Shown one piece after another: positions 1 to 12,059 of a stretch of DNA of 64,000 nucleotides (position 1 is the first letter of the stretch; every line of letters begins with the position of its first letter). The stretch is from Eledone cirrhosa (Eukaryota), in contig OZ024741.1 of the NCBI GenBank assembly GCA_964016885.1, positions 202,306,001-202,370,000 of the forward strand. The letters run 5' to 3'. The notes under the pieces are model-generated. The model was given only the letters and a program-made list of their open reading frames with translations. It had not been told where the DNA came from and ran no database searches. The translations under genes and the position numbers were made by a program.

Positions 1-17
1 CACATATATATATATAT

Positions 18-195
18 CATCGTCATCATCATCATCATCATCATCGATTAACGTCTATCTTCCACACTAGCATGGGTTAGACGGGTTTGTCCCATTTAGA
101 GGCAAGTTGGGTCGGGTGACCGTGTCTCACGCATATAGGACTGTTTCTGGCTGGTTTTCTACAGCTGGATGCCTTTCCTAACACCAACCACATTT
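18..195 (-). mobile_element. RTE-type LINE/SINE 3' tail fragment
   Basis: Reverse complement of the RTE 3' UTR seen at 5130-5300 and 6690-6843 (gtggttggtgttaggaa.ggcatccagctgtagaaa...acccatgctag...(GAT)n); abuts (TA)n. Confidence 0.8.
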
Positions 196-299
196 TTTGC
201 CAATCTGTGTATGTAGGCAGTGCACTTGTTGGGGGGTACTAGAGGTAAGTGGTGTCATGGAGGGGTTCAGTAGGTCTGATGAGATGGTGTCGTGCAGCA

Positions 300-835
300 T
301 GGGCTTTCAATTAGATAAAAATTGGGTCTTTCAATGTAAGCATGCCCTGAACATTTCTGTCTTTGAGTTAAGGTACACATTTGGTGAGTATAAACCCTGT
401 AAGATTCTGAATTTCTGACTTAGGTAGAGTGAACATTTTTTGCTTCCATTTTTATATGATATTGAGTTATCAAGTGCTTTCCATGTCATGTCATAAAGTA
501 TTCTCTTTTCTTTTAGCTGACAGGCTCTTTTTGCCAGTGATATGGTGGTTTTCATGCTAGGGTGTCTAAATGAGGAAAGGTGCAGGTAGATACTAAACCT
601 GGACCATACCTACATATTTTTCGCAAGTATTTAGCTTGTTGACTTTTGTGTGCTTGATCTCTGCTTCGTAAATTATGGATTTAACATTACAGTTTTGCTG
701 TAATGGACAGTTATCTTTTTTCCTGCAAAAATATCCTGGATGTTCCTTTAGTTTGCTCTTTGCAGTTATTTTCGTTTTCATCGATGGGGCACAAGAATAG
801 GAAATTGTCACTGAACGTTGATTGAAGATCTTGCT
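300..835 (-). mobile_element. Penelope-like element, degenerate GIY-YIG endonuclease fragment
   Basis: ORF 593-811 reads CRKKDNCPLQQNCNVKSIIYEAEI...YVG, matching CPLDNRCRDRNVIYQC...YIG of the PLE at 33000-33120. Confidence 0.75.
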
Positions 836-944
836 ATATCCTACATACGTTTAAGCAGAAATTCCTGCTTGGTGCCGCAGTCGGGATTCTACATATCTCT
901 ATACCCACTCTACATCTCCCCATGTATCGAGTACTCACATAATT

Positions 945-3112
945 AGTGGCTCACAAGAGGACAGAAATATGAACCTAACCCATAATTTCTTTGTAGATGA
1001 TCTGAAGTTCTATGCCAAGAACATAAATGGGATGAAGAAATATTTCGACCTGGTTACAACGTCCTCAAAGGATATAGAAATGGAGTTTGGCCAGAATAAA
1101 TGTTCGTATGTGATTGTAAAATGGAGAAAAACTACAAGCCAATCTAACAACATTTTTATTAATGGCCTAACTGTTTCACCAACATCTGATGAGGACTGAT
1201 ACAGATACCTAGGGATAGATGAGAATATGTCCTATGATGGTATCTGTAACAAGGAACGTGTAACCAGAGAAATTTATACCAGATTAAGACAAATATGGTC
1301 ATCGGAACTCTCTGCACACAATAAAACAGTGGCTCACAATGCTGTGCCTGTCCTAACACCAACATTTGGAATACTTGATTGGATGATAGAAGAAATCCGA
1401 GCAATTGCTGTTAAAACTTGAAAAATCCAAAACAGCACTGGAAGCTTCCACATCATCAGTGACATAGACCGCATCTACTTGAAATATAAGCAGGGAGGCA
1501 GAGGCCTAACATCGGTCCAGATAGCATTTGAGTGTTGCATCATATCCCTCCGACAACATTTACAAAACTCCAAGCATAGGAGCCCATTTATTGAGCAAAT
1601 CTGTCTGCATGAGGTAGATAAGATCATGAGAGTTGGGAAGGAACTCCTTGAAGGATATTCCCTGCATGATAATCAACAACCCACACCCAGGGAAATTGCC
1701 CAGCAGTACTGCAGTGAATCCATGGATGAAACACTGCATGCTTATCAGCAAAAAATTATGCATGCATGTGTTGCCAGGAGGCTCCAGAGTAAGAGTAATA
1801 TAGATAAGCAAAGTAGTCTATCTTGGATACTTCACCCTGACTATATCTTCAGATTTATACCTGTGATTATTGGGACACTGGGATATGTTAGTAACTGCCT
1901 CAGTACAAATATTGAGAAGCTAGGCTTCACAGGAACAGAAAGAACACAACTAGTTAGGAAATTACAAGTACAATCTAATAATGGAACAGTAAAAATATGT
2001 AAAACATTCCAAAAATGTTGCATGTAATAACTATGTACACATGTACAGATACAAAACATATGCACATGTACACATATAATTCAAAACATACCCATCTACA
2101 CATACAATAACATCCATACCTGCACACACATGCATGCAGACATGCAGACATATTTACCTAGCTGATGTTGTTTCACTGTTGGTAAAACTCTCTCTCTATT
2201 GGTAAAAATTTCATCTATATATATAAAACTGAGGATGTCTGTCTGTGTGTGTGTGAGTTTGAATCCCTAAAACTCGAGAACCACCCAACCGACTCTTTTC
2301 AAACCTTACACATGTAATACTTATGTTTCAAGGAATGTTCTGAGCAAAAACAATTTCAAATATTCAATGCCCTAGGGACCGCATTAGGTGATTTGGCGAT
2401 CTCTCTCTATAATTCTTAGTCTTTCTCTTTTAAGATAGATACATACATATAACGTCGCGCCCTTATAATATCTGTCTGTATGTCTGGCTGTCTGCATTAC
2501 GTCACTTCCCTGAGGATGTCTGTGTGTGTGTCTGAGACTTTGAATCCCTAAAACTCGAGAAGTACCCAACCGATTCTTTTCAAACTTTACATGTGTATTA
2601 CTTATGTTTCAGGGAGTGTTATGCACATAAAAAATTCAACTTTTTGATCTCCTACGTGAAAAACTGCGTTTTTTAAGCTTTTTAGGGGTTTATTGAGGTG
2701 TTACGTCAGACCGATTTCCTTGAAATTGTAACTATGTATTAGCCAGTCTCTTCTTCATAGTGTGAGAAAATCCAACTTTTTTATGGCCTAGGGCCTGCAT
2801 TAGGTGAAAAACTTCATTTTTTCAGCTTTTTAGGGCTTTTTGGAGGCGTTACGTCTAGCTGATTTTCCTGAAATTTCAAGGTATATTATCCACATAAAAA
2901 AAATTTATTTTATGATCCCCTAGGTGAAAACCTGCATTTTTCCTGCTTCATCGAGGAAAATCTTAAAGATTATCCAGCCATCAGAGTATTTGGTTTATTT
3001 TCTTTACATATTGTCCAGGAATGCAGTTTTTACACGCTACCTTATACCTTATCCCGTGCAACGCCGGGTACCACTGCTAGTAAAATTATAAAACCAGAAG
3101 AACATAGATATT
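945..3112 (+). mobile_element. R4/Dong-like non-LTR retrotransposon, 5'-truncated and internally deleted; 3' UTR split by a Helitron
   Basis: THNFFVDDLK (RT), EFGQNKC, GGRGL, IPVIIGTLG (end of the restriction-like endonuclease, RLE); colinear with the minus-strand copy at 36720-40300; 3' UTR resumes at 3081. Confidence 0.85.
2214..3080 (+). mobile_element. Non-autonomous Helitron
   Basis: Starts TCTATATATATAAAA and ends with hairpin CCCGTGCAACGCCGGG followed by CTAG; sits between A2213 and T3081 with no target duplication; the empty site is visible in the R4 copy at about 36741-36790. Confidence 0.85.
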
Positions 3113-3127
3113 ATGAAAAACGATGAA

Positions 3128-3229
3128 GTTTCATTTATATGTAGTTAGATGTTTTATTGCGTATCGTACTGTTACAAGCGCTCGTAACAGTCGATACACA
3201 ATCAAAATCTACCTACATATAAATGAAAC
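3128..3229. repeat. Imperfect inverted repeat (about 47-bp arms, 8-nt loop)
   Basis: gtttcatttatatgtag...actgttac / gtaacagt...ctacatataaatgaaac. Confidence 0.8.
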
Positions 3230-3315
3230 CTAATCATTTTTCTTAATATATACACTCTACCTGTGCATTGAGTGCTCATTATGGTACCATTATCAGTAAC
3301 TGACCAAATCACATA

Positions 3316-3377
<62 letters not shown>

Positions 3378-3392
3378 TATATAGTAAGTACG

Positions 3393-5301
3393 GCAATTAA
3401 AGATATAAAGACTGGGAAGGCAACCGGTCCATCAGGTATAGCTGCCGAGATGCTGAAAGCATCTGGGTCAGTAGGTCAGACCAGAACCACACGTATTGTT
3501 AACCAGGTACTACTAGAGGGTGTCATACCAAAGGATTGGTGCAGCAACATCATTGTCAACTGCTACAAGGGTAAAGGTGATGTACTAGATAGAGGAAACT
3601 ATAGAGGTACAAAGCTGATGGACCAGGTCATGAAAGTAACAAAGAGTTATAGCACAGTTGATTATGGACTGGGTAAAACTAGATGAGAAGTAGTTTGGAT
3701 TTGTGCGAGGAAAAGGCACCACTGATGCCCTCTTCCCTGTGAGGCAGTTACAGGAAAAGTACCTACCTAGCATTTGTCGATCTGGAAAAAGCCTTCAACA
3801 GACTGCCTCGTGCTACAATCTGGTGGGTTCTTAGAAAACTAGGAGTAGATGAGTAACTAGTGAAAGCTGTACAAGCCATGTATAGGGGAGCAGTCAGCAA
3901 AGTTAGGATTAGCAATGACTATAGTGAGGAATTTAGCATACAGGTCAGTGTCCACCAGGGCTCTGTTCTTAGCCCTCTCCTGTTCATTATACTATTGCAG
4001 GCAACAACAGAGGAGTTTAAGACTGGATGCCCATGGGAATTCCTGTACGCAGATGATCTCACACTTATTACTGAATCTATAGTGGAACTAGAGAAGAAAT
4101 TCCAAACATGGAAGCAGGAACTAGAAAGAAAGAGTCTCAAAGTCAACCTGACTAAGGTCCTCGTAAGTAGATGAGAAAACAGAACTCAGATCCCCTCAGG
4201 GAAATGGCCTTGTTCAGTATGTAGGGAAGGTGTAGGTAGGAGCTCCATCCTCTGCCCCAAATGTAAATAATGGGTACACAAGAGATGTAGTGGGCTCTCA
4301 TGAAGCTTAGCTAAGAATGTAGACTTTAGATGTAGCAGCTGCACCAGGACAGCAAGCAGCAAACGGCCACAGGAAACAAGCACCACCAAACTCTGGGAGG
4401 GCTCTGTAGAACCAGTAGACAGCTTCTGCTACCTAGGTGACCGAATTAGCAGTGGAAGTGGGTGTTCGGAAAGTACAGTAACCAGGGTAAGAACGGGATG
4501 GAAGAAGTTCAGGGAGCAACTGCCACTGCTAGCTGTAAAAGGCTTTTCCCTCAAAATGAAAGGAAGACTGTATGATGCATGCATGTGAACAGCAATATTA
4601 CATGGTAGTGAGACCTGGGTGTGTGTGTAGAAGACTTGCGTAGATTAGAAAGAAACGAAGCTTGCATGCTCTGATGGATGTGTAATAGTAATATACGTGA
4701 ACGGCAAAGCATAAACGAATTGAGAGAGTGACTGAGCATAAGAGGAATCAAATGCTGTGTGCAGGAGAGGAGGTTGCGTTGGTATGGACATGTGATGCGT
4801 TTGAAGGATGACAGCTGCATAAAAAGGTGCAGAGCACTAGAATTCGATGGAAGCCGTGGAATGGGGAGACCCAAGATGACCAGGATGAGGTGATAAAAAC
4901 TGACCTTACCCAACTGCACCTCTCAAAGGAACGTGACCGCTGGCGTCATGCAGTAATATAGAAGACCCGACTTCCCACGGGAACAAGCCTAAGCTGAAGC
5001 ATATAGAGAATATGCTCCCACCCCCTCCCACTGCAAAGTGGTCGTGGAGGTGCCACGGCAAAAAACACCCAGCTCACACTGTAAAGTGGTCACGTAGGCA
5101 CCACGGAAAAAAAGCACTCAGCACTCACTGTAAATGAGGTTAGTGTTAGGAAGGGCATCCAGCTGTAGAAATCAAGCCAAAATCAGTTCCCATATGAGCA
5201 AGACAAGGTCAGTCGACCGGGCACTACTCACAATAGGACTACCCATCTAACCCATGCTAGCGAGGAACAATGGATGTAAAACGGTGATGATGATGATGAT
5301 A
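3393..5301 (+). mobile_element. RTE-clade LINE, 5'-truncated, degenerate RT plus 3' UTR
   Basis: NYRGTKL, FVDLEKAF, HQGSVLSPLLF, LYADDL, LHGSETW-like motif; stops and frameshifts; (GAT)n tail; flanked by (TA)n on both sides. Confidence 0.92.
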
Positions 5302-6057
5302 TATATATATATATATATATGTGTGTGAAGGTAGATAAGGTTTTGTTTATATATATCTGGAATGAATGTTTAAACAAGAAAGCTGCTTACTAGAAAGTTT
5401 GACTCGTATAGCATAAATATCCAAGCAGGCGAATATGGTATATAGGTCCAGAAGAGATCACAAAGTGTATTAATATAAGCAAGTATCGCACCAAGAAAAA
5501 TAAAACATCTGCACAAAGAGATTATGAATTTATTTGCTTTGAAATATGTTTCTCTGTCTGTTATAAATTGTCTACATATGCTGACTACAATATATATTGT
5601 TCAATCATATGCAATACTTAATTATTCATTCCACTTCATCAGAAAGCCTATAGTAGGGGAATTCAATTAATCACTACGTGGTGAAATTTAGTAAAAAATG
5701 TAAATAAGTTAAAAATAGCATGAAATACAGTAAGTTAGTATGATAATAGAGAGGAGAAGGAGTGGGGGTAGAAAGTTTCACAGATGTGGAACAATTATTC
5801 TTTGACAGTTGTTATAGGTGAAGGTTTTGATGTTTACCATATATGGAGGTAGAGAAAGTATTAAGAGAGGGACAGAGAAAGATAAAGTAGAGATTAATGG
5901 TAAGCTAGATTGGATAGGGAGGAAAGGAATGAAGAAAATGGGATTGTTTTGAATATTACTGAATCCATTGGGTATGAAAAGTATCAAATAGGATAAAGTA
6001 TCAAATAGGATATAGCTAGGGATCAAATCTTGTTCTAGTCCAGTCTGTACTTAGTGA

Positions 6058-6843
6058 AGCAATGTTACATGGCAGTGAGACCTGGGCATTGTGTGCAGAA
6101 GATATACATAGACTGAAGAGGAACGAAGCATGCATGCTCCGCTGGATGTGTAATAGTAATATACGTGAACGGCAAAGCATAAACGAACTAAGGGAGAAAT
6201 TAGGAATAAGGGGGATCAGATGCTGTTTACTCGAGAGAAGACTACGTTGGTATGGTCACATGATGCGCATGAAAGACGACAGCTGTATAGAAAAGTGCAG
6301 GGCGATAAAAATAGAGGGTAGCCACGGAGTAGGCAGACCCAGAAAAACCTGGGATGACTTGCTAAATTCCGACCTCACACACTTACACCTCTCCAAGACA
6401 ATGTCACTGGACCGAGATCTTTGGCGCTACGCAGTAATACAGAAGACCCGCCTTGCCTAAGTACAAAGCGAAACCTACAGTCAGTAGGCACCTCTAACAA
6501 AAATACACCCCTGTCCCACTACCCCCACCCCATCCACACCACCCCTTCCAATGTAAAGTTATGTTGGTACCTCAACATCCAGTCCGAAACAAATGAGGGC
6601 GTGTAGGTGTCACGACAAAAAAACACACAGTCCACGCTGTAATGTGGCCGTGTAGGTAACACGGTAAAAACCTCCCAGTCCACACTGTAAACGTGGTTGG
6701 TGTTAGGAAGGGCATCCAGCCGTAAAAAACCCGCCAGACAGTCCTATACGAGCAAGACAACCACTCTTGCCTCAAGTGGGAAAATTCTCATCCAAACCCA
6801 TGCTAGCATGGAAGATGGACGTTAAACGATGATGATGATGATG
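6058..6843 (+). mobile_element. RTE-clade LINE 3' fragment
   Basis: ORF 6062-6460 MLHGSETW...RRLRWYGH...GRPRKTW, then the shared 3' UTR and (GAT)n. Confidence 0.92.
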
Positions 6844-6849
6844 AAGGTT

Positions 6850-7990
6850 TTTAGAACCTTGTGATTGCAATTAAATATCCTATCATGCTGGGAATTTAGA
6901 AGGTCCTTTCCGGTTGCTATTTCAATTACATCCGCCAAACATAGTTCACATGGGCGTCTTTATTCCGGTATGGACGGGCGAATTTTAGCATGGACCATTG
7001 TAGTGTGTATTCAATATTAATGTGTTTCAGATCCCAGATTTTTTTCGCTAGGGCCATAGATCTAACTAAACTGGGTTTTTAAATATGTGGGTATGCACAT
7101 ACCATCTTTTCTTGAAAATATTTGAAGTGAAACTCATGCATTTATATGTTCCCAGCTTAGATTTTACCACACATTGATAAATATTTTTGTATAAGCCTTT
7201 ACCTGATAGAGGATAATTGCTGCGATTTCTGCAGTTCTAGTTTGTCCATGTATAGTGTGTGGTTTCCTCCCTGGTTCCAGTGTTGGGGGTGTTATTCCGG
7301 GTATTTTGTTGTTGCTCCGGATATGCACGTAAAGTGGAAGAGATGTTGGTATTTGCGGGTGCTGGTCTGCTCAGTGTTGAAGGCGGCAGATGTTAAGGGT
7401 TCAGATTATGTCCGGGTTTCCATTGGCTGTTGGTATTGCCATACCTGCGGAGGCGTTTGTTATTAAATTTCATGATGAAATTGTCGAGGTTAGTTGTGGT
7501 GGAATAGAATAGTCGGATTGTGTCCATCTTTAGTATTTTATGCAATTGGTGTGTTGGAGTAAAGTGTTTGTCAATAAGTTTGAAGAAGAGATAGGATAGC
7601 TTAGTAGTTATCAGATCGTTGTGTGGGGGATTATACCATAGGTATGATTTTGTACGGGACCTCCTTGGTGTTTTCTTATTTGCAGTATTATTATTTGTCT
7701 TGCTACTGCAGGGTTTTGAGTTGTTGGTATTTAAATTTGCAAATTTTGTGTGGTATCCTTTTGATGTTTTCCTATTGGGGTGGTTGGATTTTCCCCTGCA
7801 TGGTGTATCTGGAAGAAATTTTAGTTGTCATCATAACCGGCTCTAAGTAGAACAGCATTGTAGTAGGCCGCTTGTGTGTTGAAAGAGGATTCAGAAGCAG
7901 ACACTCTGGAGATCCCAAGGGATAGATTTTTAACAATGGAGCTAGTGATAGTCCTAGGATGGTTAGACCAACAATTAACATAGTATTTCA
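6850..7990 (-). mobile_element. Penelope-like element, degenerate C-terminal/GIY-YIG region
   Basis: Minus-strand translation near 6930-7060 gives IWDLKHINIEYTLQWSMLKFARPY...RPCELCLAD, homologous to IWDLKDNNITYDLTWSLL...RPCNLCSEE of the PLE at 33200-33320. Confidence 0.7.
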
Positions 7991-8001
7991 TTAACTTTAT
8001 G

Positions 8002-8198
8002 ATAACAGCTGCATAAAAAGGTGCAGAGCGCTAAAAGTCGATGGAAGCCTTGGAGTGGGAAGACCCAAGAAGACTTGGATGAGGTGATAAAAGCCGACCT
8101 CACCCAACTGCACCTCTCAAAGGCGATGACACAGGACCATGACCTCTGGCGTCATGCAGTAATACAGAAGACCCAACTCCCCATGGGTACAAGCCAAA
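8002..8198 (+). mobile_element. RTE LINE short 3' ORF fragment, cut by the CRE insertion
   Basis: Colinear with 4808-4990. Confidence 0.85.
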
Positions 8199-8199
8199 T

Positions 8200-9700
8200 C
8201 TTGGACTCCTGAGGTAGAGGTGATGGTTTGGTCACCGAAAGAGAGGTAGGAGGGCTCCCGATAAGCCTGCCAAGCAAAGTGGTAGAGTTGTGGGACCTTC
8301 TCTCTTACTGAGCCGAGGATGATGTTGCGGCTGACGGAGTTAAAAGCGTTCCTGAGGTCAAGTTTGAGGATGACCTTGGGGGACGAGGAGGGCAAGTTGG
8401 TACAGGCTCTGGTAGAGTGGACAGCAGCCTCACATCCCAACTTGGTACACAACCCAGCTGGATGGGGGAAAATTCCTCCGCCAATGAGTCGGAGAATAAC
8501 AGCAAACACACATTTACAGTGAGGCGGCGAAGGGTGCAGCCAACCGCAATGGGGCGCAGGTCTCTGTTGGGCTTGATGAGACCAAATAGCTTCGCATCGA
8601 AGAACAGTGGGCGAGGGAGGACAGAGAAGAGAGGAGATGGACAGCCCCTTTAATGTCAAATTCGCTGAATTTGGCATTGACCGCTTGCTTGAGGTCTATC
8701 GGTTGTCTCTTGGTGGACACCGGGCTCAATGTTGAACTGAGGCGAGATGTGGTTGGGGTGGACTCAAACAGCTGGAACTGCCGCTTGAGAGAGGACGTGA
8801 GGGAAACCGAATTTGCATTGTGCACGTGAAGAAAGATGAGAGGATACAAAACAATTTCTGCCAGTCAGACCTATTGTTGGACGAGCAAACCTGGAGGGCT
8901 GTGACAAAGTCCTCAGTAGAGAGTTGGTCATCGAAGCATGGGGCATCCCCACAGAATACGTTGGAGCTGAAGTGGCACCTATTACAGGTCCAGTAATGAA
9001 GCCTTTCAGCTTGAGCTTTGGTGATGCCGACACAGTTTCTGTGGTAGCTTGCGTGGCCTAGGTGACATTTAATTGTCTTTAAATACCGGCTAGTGTAGGC
9101 ACAGAGAGTGCAATCAGGTGGTGGGCTGGCAGCAGCCGGCAGTAGAGGGCCAGTATTGGAATTGGGTGGAAGGGGTGAGTCAGAAACGAGGCAGCAGTGG
9201 TTCTAATAGTGGGACTAGAGCGGAGGTTGGGTGGTGGGATTGGCCGGGTTGAATTCGCTCGGAATCTGAGGTGAAGAAGAGGAGTGGGTAGGTGGGGTCA
9301 AGTTAGCTCCTCTCGTGTGTGCCGAAGTTGGTGGAGAATGAGAGGTCGAAGGCTGACCGGTTGTCACATAGTCGTTCCACCAAGCAGGTCTCTGGGTCGT
9401 TCAACGCATGCCTCCGCCACCTAGAGTGGATTAGGTTAAAGTGGTGGCAACTTTATCAATCGGCAATCGCCGGTTGATAGTTTGATCGAAACATCAGGCC
9501 ACTGATGGGTTGAACGAAGACATAGGTGGGCTGTGCGCGAGGACGAAGTAAGGAGTGAGTAGAGGGAGGGATAGGAAGTGGAGAAGGGGGGAGAAGATTA
9601 TGAGTGCATGGAGGTGAGTGTGGTCATATGAGAGGCAGGTAAATCCAGTGGAAGAGAAAGAGCAATGAACATGCAAAGAGAAGGAAAATAAAAACGCTAG
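8200..9700 (-). mobile_element. CRE-clade non-LTR retrotransposon, 5' half (N-terminal region to RT 'SGVQ')
   Basis: PIQLG, GCEAAVH, LKLDLRNAFNSVSR, ITSTSGVQ; the right boundary is approximate. Confidence 0.8.
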
Positions 9701-10145
9701 TAGTACAAAATCTAAGGCTGTGAGTTTGTGTAATATTTCGCATGGGTAAATCTGCAGTAAAATCAGAAATTGTGAGTTTGTGTAAAAATCCGCATGGGCA
9801 AGGCTGCAGTAAAGTCAAAACCTGAATGATAGTGATACAAGATGTTTGCAATTACAGAGTCATTACATTACTGGTCCTGAATTCTATCAAGTGGTCAAAG
9901 CTTCTAATTCTGTGAAATAGAATGGAAGAATAGCTTGACCTTTCAGACACACCTGTCTATAAATAGATTCAGGTTATTTCAAGAGGGAGTTGGGATGGTG
10001 CCATGCGTAATCTCTTCTTGTAAAGCTAGTGGCGGTTTCTCGCCATTTATAATTTTTTTTTGGGGGGGGGGGGGGAGTGTATGAAAAATTGTAAGTGTAT
10101 GTTCAGGAGGAATGTATAATTGTGTGATACAATTGCTCCAGGTTG

Positions 10146-11880
10146 AGGGTACCACAACTCTATCACTTTGCTTGGCAGGCTTATTGGGAGCCCTCCTACC
10201 TCTCTTTCGGTATCCAAATCATCACCTCTGCCTCAGGAGTCCAACAGGGTGACCCACTCGGGCCCGCTCTGTTAGCAATGAGCATTGATGAGGTCACCAA
10301 GATGGGGGTTGAGTTGGACCTCAATGTCTGGTACCTCGACGATGCCTGTTTGGGGGGAACAGCCGCCAGGGTCTCCAGGTCAATAGCTCCAAATGTGAGC
10401 TCTGGATCCTCAACCACCCGGCTTCTCAACACCAACAGCTAATCGACCTGTTTGCAGAGTCCTTCCCTTCCATCGCGGTCCCTCTCCTGTTGGCTTGGTG
10501 CTCCTTAGGAGCCCCAATCACAGACCTTGCCTTCGAGTCAATCTTCCAATCGAAGATGGTTGGCCTTGAGCAGCTGCTGAAGAATATTGAGATTATCGAA
10601 CCCCATCAAGGTTTCTTCATACTCAGGAACTACCTATTTATTCCTAAGCTTCTGCATCTGCTCAGGGTCAGCCCCTCTCACAGATTTCCGTCCTGCCTCC
10701 AACGCTTTGACGACCTAATCTTTGAGAGACTAGAGTGCTTGGTCAATGTTAGACTCTCTCCAGAGTCCCGCGATCAGGCTGCGTTGCCCAAGTGATTTGG
10801 GGGTCTTGGTCTTCGTAAATGTTCGTTCCTCTCTCTCCCTGCTTCCTTTCCTTCACCCTCACTTGCTCCACCCTGGTGAGCAGCATCCTCTCCTTTCCAA
10901 TATGGACTAGTTCCAACAGGGAGTTGGGTGAAGCTCTCCAGCAATGGAGTGAGTTGGGCTTGTCTCTTCCTGAGAAGGTGGAGGACAGTCGAAGTCAGAG
11001 AACTTGGGACAGCATAAGTTCGAAGGCCACCTTCGACTCCCTCTTCGTCCAGTCAGATCAGTTTTCAAGGTGCCGCTTACTATCTGCCAGCACCAAATAC
11101 TTAGGCGACTCGGTTGATACCCTACCCGTGGCCAACGTCGGTGGCCTACTCAGCCTGGACGAACTTCGTGTCTCCATCACTCTCAGACTGGGAGCTGACG
11201 TCTGCATGGGTTTGAGGTGCCAATGCGGAAAACTCCTCGACTTCACAGACCTCCACGGTCTTTCTTGCCGCTTGAATGCCGGCTGCTTCGCGCGTCACAT
11301 GGAGCTAAACCTCATTCTGAAGAGAGCTTTGGCCCGGGCGAACATCCCCTCAGTCTTGGAACCATCTGTCGGCCAGCTACCTTTTTCAGCCTGTGGCTTT
11401 CGAGACGTTTAGGGGAGTTGGGCCACTGACTGCAAGGTTCCTCTCTTCACTGGCGGCTCACCTAATAGAGGTAACTGGCGAATCTCGCGAGGGTGATTGG
11501 CTGTTTCAGCGCATTAGCCTCGCCATCACCGAGGCAACGCTGCGAGTATGCTGGCTGGCCTCAAAAGTCATTAGAGAGGTCGTCCAATACCCCTCACTTC
11601 TGTTTTTTGCTCTGGTGTTGGCTCAGTTGTTCACCCCTTCCTTTACATTTTCTTTACTGTTTTAAACTAGGATTTGTTTGTTTGTTTTTTTAGTACTGTT
11701 TGGTATTCCTTCTTAAGTTTCCACACAGTTTTTTTCCCTCTCTTCTTTTATTTAAACATTGCCTTTCTCCCTTCCCTTGCCCTAAACCTTTTCCTTACTT
11801 TCGTTATTTAATTTTTTTCCCTCTTTCTTTTTCTATTTGTTATTGCAAACATTATATAACTGAATTGAAATTTGTCTTTC
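10146..11880 (+). mobile_element. CRE-clade non-LTR retrotransposon, 3' half
   Basis: GVQQGDPLGP, WYLDD, LGAPI, CQCG..HGLSC..RH..LN zinc-knuckle/RLE region, LFQRISLAI, T-rich 3' UTR. Confidence 0.85.
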
Positions 11881-11975
11881 AGGTGTTCCATCACCTACAT
11901 GATAAAAGGACAAATTTCAATTCGGTTATATAATGTTTGCAATAACAAAAAGAAAAAGAAAGAGGGAAAAAAATT
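11810..11975. repeat. Inverted repeat of about 70-bp arms (two CRE 3' ends tail-to-tail)
   Basis: ttgttattgcaaacattatataactgaattgaaatttgtc / gacaaatttcaattcggttatataatgtttgcaataacaa. Confidence 0.85.
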
Positions 11976-12059
11976 ATATATAAAAAGATTAAAAACAATA
12001 ACACCTGCAATGAAATAGAGAATAATATATTTTGTCTAAATTGCAGATCATTTATTTCA

